DNA of 34,335 nt from Trichomonas gallinae (lineage: Eukaryota): positions 1-34,335 of the forward strand of contig MRSU01006023.1 of the NCBI GenBank assembly GCA_008369845.1, written 5' to 3'. Positions 28,415 through 34,335 of this stretch are shown here, piece by piece. Numbering within the stretch: the stretch's first letter is position 1; each line of letters starts with the position of its first letter. The notes under the pieces are model-generated. The model saw only the letters and a program-made list of their open reading frames with translations, was not told the origin of the DNA and made no database searches. The position numbers and the translations under genes were made by a program.

Positions 28415-29401
28415 TTAATTCGCAATGTAAACTGATATTTCTGCTTTGTCATTAACAGTGAGTAAAACTCGCTTGTAGAAGCGCGTAAATCTGATAGGGA
28501 TGGAGAAAATACTTGATAAAAAGATCTTTTCGTATGATAAATTCTCTGATCCCAATTTAACCTTCCAGCAGCCAAACCTTCCGTCCAATCCTGAGCTGGT
28601 GAACATATATTCATCATTTTTAACGTATTTTTCTGGATCAATTGAGATAACAAATGACGTATGACCTGGAATTGTTAAAGTTTCATCACTCTTTGTGGAA
28701 CACACGTAAACGTTATCATCTTGGGATGCAAGTGACAAATATTCCTCATTTGGACATGTAACAGCATCAATAATTGAACCAAATGGAAAAGTTCGACTCC
28801 AGAGCTCTTCTAGTGTATCCGCATCAAAGATTGTTACATTTCCATTCGAATAACCTGTGATAATCTTCGATCCATCCAAAGAACTCCTTAATGAAGTCAC
28901 GGGAGCCTTTTTGGTAACGGTAGCATATGGTTCTTCACCGAGAATTGGATATATTAGAATGACTTTTCCCGTTGAAGTTCCAAGGGTTAAGTACATTTGA
29001 TTGTTTTTTGTCTTATTTTCGAAAATAATAGATTTTGTGACGTTTTTCTGTTGTATTAAGTTGATTTTTCCGTTTGGTTGGACTATGAAGCAGTTGTTAT
29101 TTGATGTTGTAGCGGCAAAATAGAAGTATTCCTTTGATACGCAGGCAGAAACATCTATAATTAAAGCGTCAAAGTGGTATCTTTTGACGTCAATTGCTTT
29201 GTTTTTCAGCAATTTGAACTGTACTGTATGCAGTTCAGTGCCAGCACCAACAACAACGAATAATCTTCCTGTTTCTACGCAAATATCAGCAGCAGACTTT
29301 GGATATTTCTCATGTGAAAACCTGGTCGTCTCTACATGATATATACGTTTGAACGAAAGTTCTTGGTTTTTTATTGGTAGCTTAAAATCTAAAACATTCA
29401 T
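28415..29401 (-). CDS. WD40 repeat protein, WDR20/CreC-like
   Basis: The segment S.DG..I......G.V.IFD..T.E....FG.I.....P...Y....SQDD.V.V.S.......GHTSFV..IDP.....Y.F.S.G.D.....W parallels the WDR20/CreC core blades. Confidence 0.7.
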   Translation of the reverse strand: MNVLDFKLPIKNQELSFKRIYHVETTRFSHEKYPKSAADICVETGRLFVVVGAGTELHTVQFKLLKNKAIDVKRYHFDALIIDVSACVSKEYFYFAATTSNNNCFIVQPNGKINLIQQKNVTKSIIFENKTKNNQMYLTLGTSTGKVILIYPILGEEPYATVTKKAPVTSLRSSLDGSKIITGYSNGNVTIFDADTLEELWSRTFPFGSIIDAVTCPNEEYLSLASQDDNVYVCSTKSDETLTIPGHTSFVISIDPEKYVKNDEYMFTSSGLDGRFGCWKVKLGSENLSYEKIFLSSIFSIPIRFTRFYKRVLLTVNDKAEISVYIAN

Positions 29402-30616
29402 TGAATTTTATTTAAAAACGTCTATTTCCAAAAAATTGATTATTTTTTATAAAAATCGATTTTTTGGCCTTTCTCTCATTAAATTCGAGATTTTATTTCA
29501 TGGATTTAGATATATTATATACAAAGAATAGCAATAATTAAAATTTGATTACTTTTAATTGCCTCATTATTATACACTAAAAAGTGACAACCGCGCGTGT
29601 GAATTTTTAAGAATGATTTTACGCGGTTATATAGGATCAACATGCTGAAATTACGATATCTGAGATGCCCAGTGGATAAGGAATGCAAATATTTGGATTT
29701 GGAGATGCGAAATCAAATTTGGTCAGCTCTTGCGTTCAAATTATAACAGTAAAACAATAATCACCCGAAAAATACCATTCTACAGACGGAGATACACATA
29801 TCTTTAACGTTACGGCGATTGCATTTTAATCATTTATCATTGAAAGCGAAGAATTATTTTTTTGTTTGAAAATCTTTTGAATGTTAGTTATGAAATAAAT
29901 GTAAATATTTATTGATGATCATATATATAGTTCATTTTTAGAATTTTGAAATGGGTTAATTTTTTTGTTACGTTTTGAGACAGATACAAATCTAAAACAT
30001 ACAACAACTAATATATTTAAATTCAATAATTTACACTGCCACATCCTCTCAATTTCTTATTAAAAATAATTCAGAGGACATTTCTTTTTAACCATATTAT
30101 AAATAATGAACTATTTTTTTTGGCAATAATAATTTTGAATTGTGAAATTTTTTGGTTGATATATTAGCATAGTTTTGAGTTTATTAGCATATATTTTTTG
30201 GCGATGTATCAAAAATTTGTAAAGGAGAAATAAAGACCAACTAGAAAATTATTAGATTAAGGAGTAATATTAGCGAGAAATTACAAAAACGCTGACTTTT
30301 CAATTAATCTTGAAAGTATTCAAATCTCAATCATATAAGTTCACTGCAGACGGTAAGAAATATTATAAAATCTCGAAAAGCCCGTTAATTTGATAAATTC
30401 TCTCAAATTTTTACGTTGAAAGAAAATTTGATATTGTGATCTATAGGCCATGAAAAAAAAGGATAACACGTTGATTTTCAAATGTTCAGGGTTTTGAATT
30501 TTTAAAATGATAATACTCGGAGTCATTTACATATATATATAATGAGATTATTTCTAAACCATTCAAATTTTTTTTTCAAAAATCAAGATTTCTCAAATCA
30601 AAAATATAAAATTAAA

Positions 30617-31741
30617 ATGAATGCTGAAGATATTATATTACAACAATACGGACCATATCTCCATCCCTCTTTCACGAATATATCGCAAATCGGCACCGAG
30701 CAGTATCCTATCCCTACATTTCCCGCGCAATTAATCAGTGAATTATGTAATAGTGCGCTTGAAATCTTCAAAAACCAGCCCACATTGCTCACGCTCACTG
30801 GAAATGTCATGTGCATAGGAGATACACATGGCAACATATTCGATGTAGTTCGAATCTTTAAATACGGCGGTTATCCAATATCTCAGAAGTACTTGTTTTT
30901 AGGTGATTATGTAGACCGTGGTGAGTACTCCATCGATCTGATTGTATTGCTACTCGCAATGACGGTTAAATATCCACAGAACTGTTTCTTGATCAGAGGT
31001 AATCACGAACTTAAGTTGATTAATGCCAAATATGGTTTCTTCGAGTCTTCTTTCGTGAGATACAAGCAAATAGGTCCATTCAATGCTGTTAATGAGGTGT
31101 TTAATTATCTTCCTATTGCAGCAGTTGTAAATCAGCGTTATTTTTGTGTCCACGGCGGAATTTCTCAGTACTTAAAACATTATCATCAAATAAACAAGAT
31201 TAAGAAGCCTTTTGATGATATGGAAAATAGCTCTGATTATCAGCTTGTATCAGACATCCTTTGGAGTGACCCGATTGATGGACCCAACGGGATACCAATG
31301 CAAAGGAGAAATATTGGTATCCAGTTTAATGAAGCAATGGTAGCTGAGTTTTTGAATAGGAACAAGCTAGAGGCGATTGTTAGAGCGCATACTCCTATCG
31401 ATAATGGAGTCGCTCGACAGTATAATAATATGTTTTACACTGTTTTTTCATCGAGCGATTATGAGCTCGGAAGACAATGTGGTGTTCTCTTGCTTTCAGT
31501 CAACAATCCGCCAAACTCATTCGCTATGAATCCTATTCAGACAGTTAATGTTAACTCAGCCGTCTTCTACGAATTTAAAGCAACATCAACCAAATCCTTG
31601 ATTGGAAATAAGTCGATATTGCTGACTACTTCATCACGCGAAAGAAGTATCATCAAGCCAATCTTGAAAAAGCGAAGAGCAGTTTCTGCATCTTTGATTC
31701 TCCATGTATATAGCTCAGGAATCCCACAGGTCAAAGCTTAG
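30617..31741 (+). CDS. PPP-family Ser/Thr protein phosphatase (PP1-like, divergent)
   Basis: GDTHG, GDYVDRG, RGNHE, CVHGG, DILWSDP, VRAH and TVFSSSDY. The start is probably ATG 30617 (MNAED); in-frame ATG 30542 is an alternative. Confidence 0.92.
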   Translation: MNAEDIILQQYGPYLHPSFTNISQIGTEQYPIPTFPAQLISELCNSALEIFKNQPTLLTLTGNVMCIGDTHGNIFDVVRIFKYGGYPISQKYLFLGDYVDRGEYSIDLIVLLLAMTVKYPQNCFLIRGNHELKLINAKYGFFESSFVRYKQIGPFNAVNEVFNYLPIAAVVNQRYFCVHGGISQYLKHYHQINKIKKPFDDMENSSDYQLVSDILWSDPIDGPNGIPMQRRNIGIQFNEAMVAEFLNRNKLEAIVRAHTPIDNGVARQYNNMFYTVFSSSDYELGRQCGVLLLSVNNPPNSFAMNPIQTVNVNSAVFYEFKATSTKSLIGNKSILLTTSSRERSIIKPILKKRRAVSASLILHVYSSGIPQVKA

Positions 31742-31976
31742 TTATTTGTTTGTTGTATTTTGTCTGTAAATCATATTACTATATTTTCTATTGAATTGAA
31801 TTAATTTTTTTCAAAATTAGCTTTGTTCACTATCTCACATATATATCCCATGCGCACAAACAATAGCACAATTTTACATCGATTTTATAATAAAAAAACA
31901 ATAGATTTTCAGCATAATAATAAAAAAATTTAAGATTAAACGAAAAAATACAAATGGCTCGAATAAATTAAGTAAC

Positions 31977-32411
31977 TTACACAGTCATGTGATTGATTAT
32001 GAAAGAAATCCACTGACTTGGCTCAGGATTTTCTTCATCGCAGTATCTCATTAGATCTGAAAGGGAAATATTAGCGATATCATCAACATTATCATTGAAG
32101 TGGCCCTGGACACAAAGATTTCTCTTAAATGCAAGTGAAAGGTCCCAGATTAAACGCTTTTTAAGATCTTGAACATCTTTTCTGTATCTTTCGATTCTCC
32201 TTTGTTTCTTGTCGAGTATTTCTGGTGTAGGTATCTCATAATCACTAACATCATCGTATGAATTCTCTTCGAATTCAGTATCTTCATCTGAATTCATATG
32301 GCTATACATATCATCTAGTGGACTATCAGGAGGTGTGGCCTTAGAGTCAACACGTACATTAGTCAATTCCATCTCATCCTCGTCAATTAAGCTTTTTAGC
32401 ATTATTGACAT
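31977..32411 (-). CDS. Hypothetical protein (acidic N-terminal half, helical C-terminal half)
   Basis: 144-aa ATG-initiated ORF with coding-like composition between AT-rich spacers. No family recognised. Confidence 0.7.
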   Translation of the reverse strand: MSIMLKSLIDEDEMELTNVRVDSKATPPDSPLDDMYSHMNSDEDTEFEENSYDDVSDYEIPTPEILDKKQRRIERYRKDVQDLKKRLIWDLSLAFKRNLCVQGHFNDNVDDIANISLSDLMRYCDEENPEPSQWISFIINHMTV

Positions 32412-32759
32412 TGAGTCTAAACGTACAGTTTTTTTATGTCAAAAAATCTGACACGTAAACATCTCAATTTTTGTTATAAAATTTTTATGTCGAAAAACAA
32501 ATCTTTACTTTCTATTGCTTATATTAACATTAAAATTTCAAAAATATTTTTCGTCGGTTAATTTTTGCACTAAATTTTGATTTATAATCGATAACAAATT
32601 CTTATTTTTATATATCATATTCCATAATCTTGTATACTATTATATTAATTGATTTATGTTCTGTAATACGATGTCCATCGTCAGTTATTGATCACTTTTC
32701 ACATACGTTAAATTTTTTAAAATCAAAAAAATATTTTATTACAAACAACACAAATATAT

Positions 32760-34016
32760 CTAAATATCAGCCATTCTGACCTTAACATTCAAGATTTGAT
32801 TGATCAATTCGCGCTCTTTTTCGAAAGTTATGTTACGATTTGCTCTAATTTGCTCTTTGAGCTTGATTGCCTCTGATGCAAATGCAGCTACAGCTATGTC
32901 TAGCTTCTCCTTCCTCTTTCTTATTTGATTTTCTAATTCGATATTCGAATTAATGAGTTCTTGGTATCTGTTCTTATGATTATCACTACGCTTATCCTGC
33001 TTATTCTTTTTCGCAGCGCATTCTTTCAATAGCACGTCAATATTCGTTTCATTGCTTTCAGGAACCTTCGAATTACGAAGATGAGAAGCCCATTTCTTGT
33101 GGATAGGCTGCAGCTTCTCCAATCTTTTCTTAAGCTTTGTGTTTTCTTTAAGCATCACATCTAGTTGTGATGATAATTCATTATCTTCTTTAATAACTGA
33201 TTCAAGTTCTCCAGTTAAAGATTTCTCTTCTGCATTCCAACCTATGATGTCTATTGCCTTATTTCTTCTCTCTTTCATTCTGTCAACTTCTGTATCTGCA
33301 TCTTGTTGAAATTCTTCTGTTTCCTCTTGAATTCGTATGATTTTATCCTTGATTTCTTCATTATCGCGTCTGATTGTGTCTATTTCACGTTGAATATTAT
33401 CGATTAATGGTAAATCTTTCTGAAGTTTTTCAATTTGACCGGTTGTTTCTTTGATTTGTGCCTCAATATCATTGATATTCTTGTTTGTCAGCCCAATCAT
33501 TGACATTTGCTGATTGATGTTATATTTCGCGATGCTCGCTTCATGTTGGAGAGTTTTTCCTCTGCTAGCGATGCTCTGTATTTCTCGTTCGATTTTAGCT
33601 ATCTTTTGCTCTGTTTCATCGTTAGAATTTAAAATTGCCTGCAATTCACTTTCTTGATACGAGCATTTCTTCTGTAACTCGTCAAGATCTATCGATAATT
33701 TGCGTGCTGAGTCTTGTTTTGCAACGAGAAAATCGAAATGTTCGGTTTCAAGAAGAGAAGGATCAACTGAAGGTGCAACATTGGACTGTCTTTCCATTGC
33801 CAATGCCTTTGTAAGCCCCTCCTCTCGCTTGTTCTCTCGCGATAAGACGCTTATTTGATTCTGAATTTCAGAATGTTGAAGATGTAAATCGTCATTTGTC
33901 TGCTGCAATTCATCAATTTCAGTGAAAATAAATTCAAGCTCTTCCTCCTTCGAGGCAATGAGTTTCTCTAGTTCGGAAATTGTTTTTGGGTCAGAAATAG
34001 AAGAATTTTCACTCAT
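32760..34016 (-). CDS. Long coiled-coil protein
   Basis: About 418 aa, rich in E/K/Q/L/I heptads throughout. First ATG is 34016. Confidence 0.8.
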   Translation of the reverse strand: MSENSSISDPKTISELEKLIASKEEELEFIFTEIDELQQTNDDLHLQHSEIQNQISVLSRENKREEGLTKALAMERQSNVAPSVDPSLLETEHFDFLVAKQDSARKLSIDLDELQKKCSYQESELQAILNSNDETEQKIAKIEREIQSIASRGKTLQHEASIAKYNINQQMSMIGLTNKNINDIEAQIKETTGQIEKLQKDLPLIDNIQREIDTIRRDNEEIKDKIIRIQEETEEFQQDADTEVDRMKERRNKAIDIIGWNAEEKSLTGELESVIKEDNELSSQLDVMLKENTKLKKRLEKLQPIHKKWASHLRNSKVPESNETNIDVLLKECAAKKNKQDKRSDNHKNRYQELINSNIELENQIRKRKEKLDIAVAAFASEAIKLKEQIRANRNITFEKERELINQILNVKVRMADI

Positions 34017-34335
34017 CAAAGACTAATTTTTAAACGGAAACCATTTCGTTCTCTGCTACAAAATAATCGGCATATTCGATATATACACAGTCAGCAGCCC
34101 CGATATTTACAAAAAATCAATCAATATATTTAAAATTGAGCAATTTTGAATTTTGATTTAATTTTTATATCCATTTGATACAAAATTAAAGCCACCTTTG
34201 GAAAATTATTAATTATCACAATCAAAAATAACAAATCGAGAGATATTATTGAATCCAAAGGTCTTCCGACTCTCATTTCTCTAGCGATTTGGACGAAATT
34301 TATAATATAGATTATACTACTGATATGTATGTAAA

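Noticed and set aside
1..34335. Maverick/Tc1-mariner/Mutator elements, tRNA, rRNA, prokaryotic operons or obvious bacterial gene transfer
   Set aside because: No transposase, integrase, polymerase, long terminal repeats or RNA-gene signatures recognised. The origin of GT17 cannot be judged without a phylogeny.

Overview
AT-rich, gene-dense eukaryotic DNA with no intron I can detect. It is most likely Trichomonas vaginalis or a close trichomonad (inference). Support: TCA(C/T)(A/T) initiator (Inr) motifs about 10-35 nt before many ATGs, AAAGTGAC (motif 2) elements, TAA-A stop/poly(A)-signal overlaps and the gene families present. There are 17 credible CDSs: GT17 glycosyltransferase, beta-1/2-type adaptin, a 2314-aa neurobeachin-like protein, an HP1-like chromo+chromoshadow protein, a TPR protein, a calnexin-like protein, two divergent Rabs, V-ATPase subunit c, a C2 protein, a CAMK-type kinase, Tat-SF1/Cus2, an LRR plus low-complexity protein, a WDR20/CreC-like WD40 protein, a PPP phosphatase, a small hypothetical protein and a coiled-coil protein. 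I see no rRNA, tRNA, CRISPR array or transposase, and I cannot support a wholly new multi-gene system. The best leads are conserved proteins that have lost a key functional element: a collapsed BEACH domain, a calnexin without its lectin residues, an HP1-like protein with an incomplete aromatic cage, a beta-adaptin with almost no hinge, and a Tat-SF1 UHM without its RxF motif. Several non-coding stretches are also structured. All family assignments come from alignment by eye to remembered consensus motifs, not from database searches.
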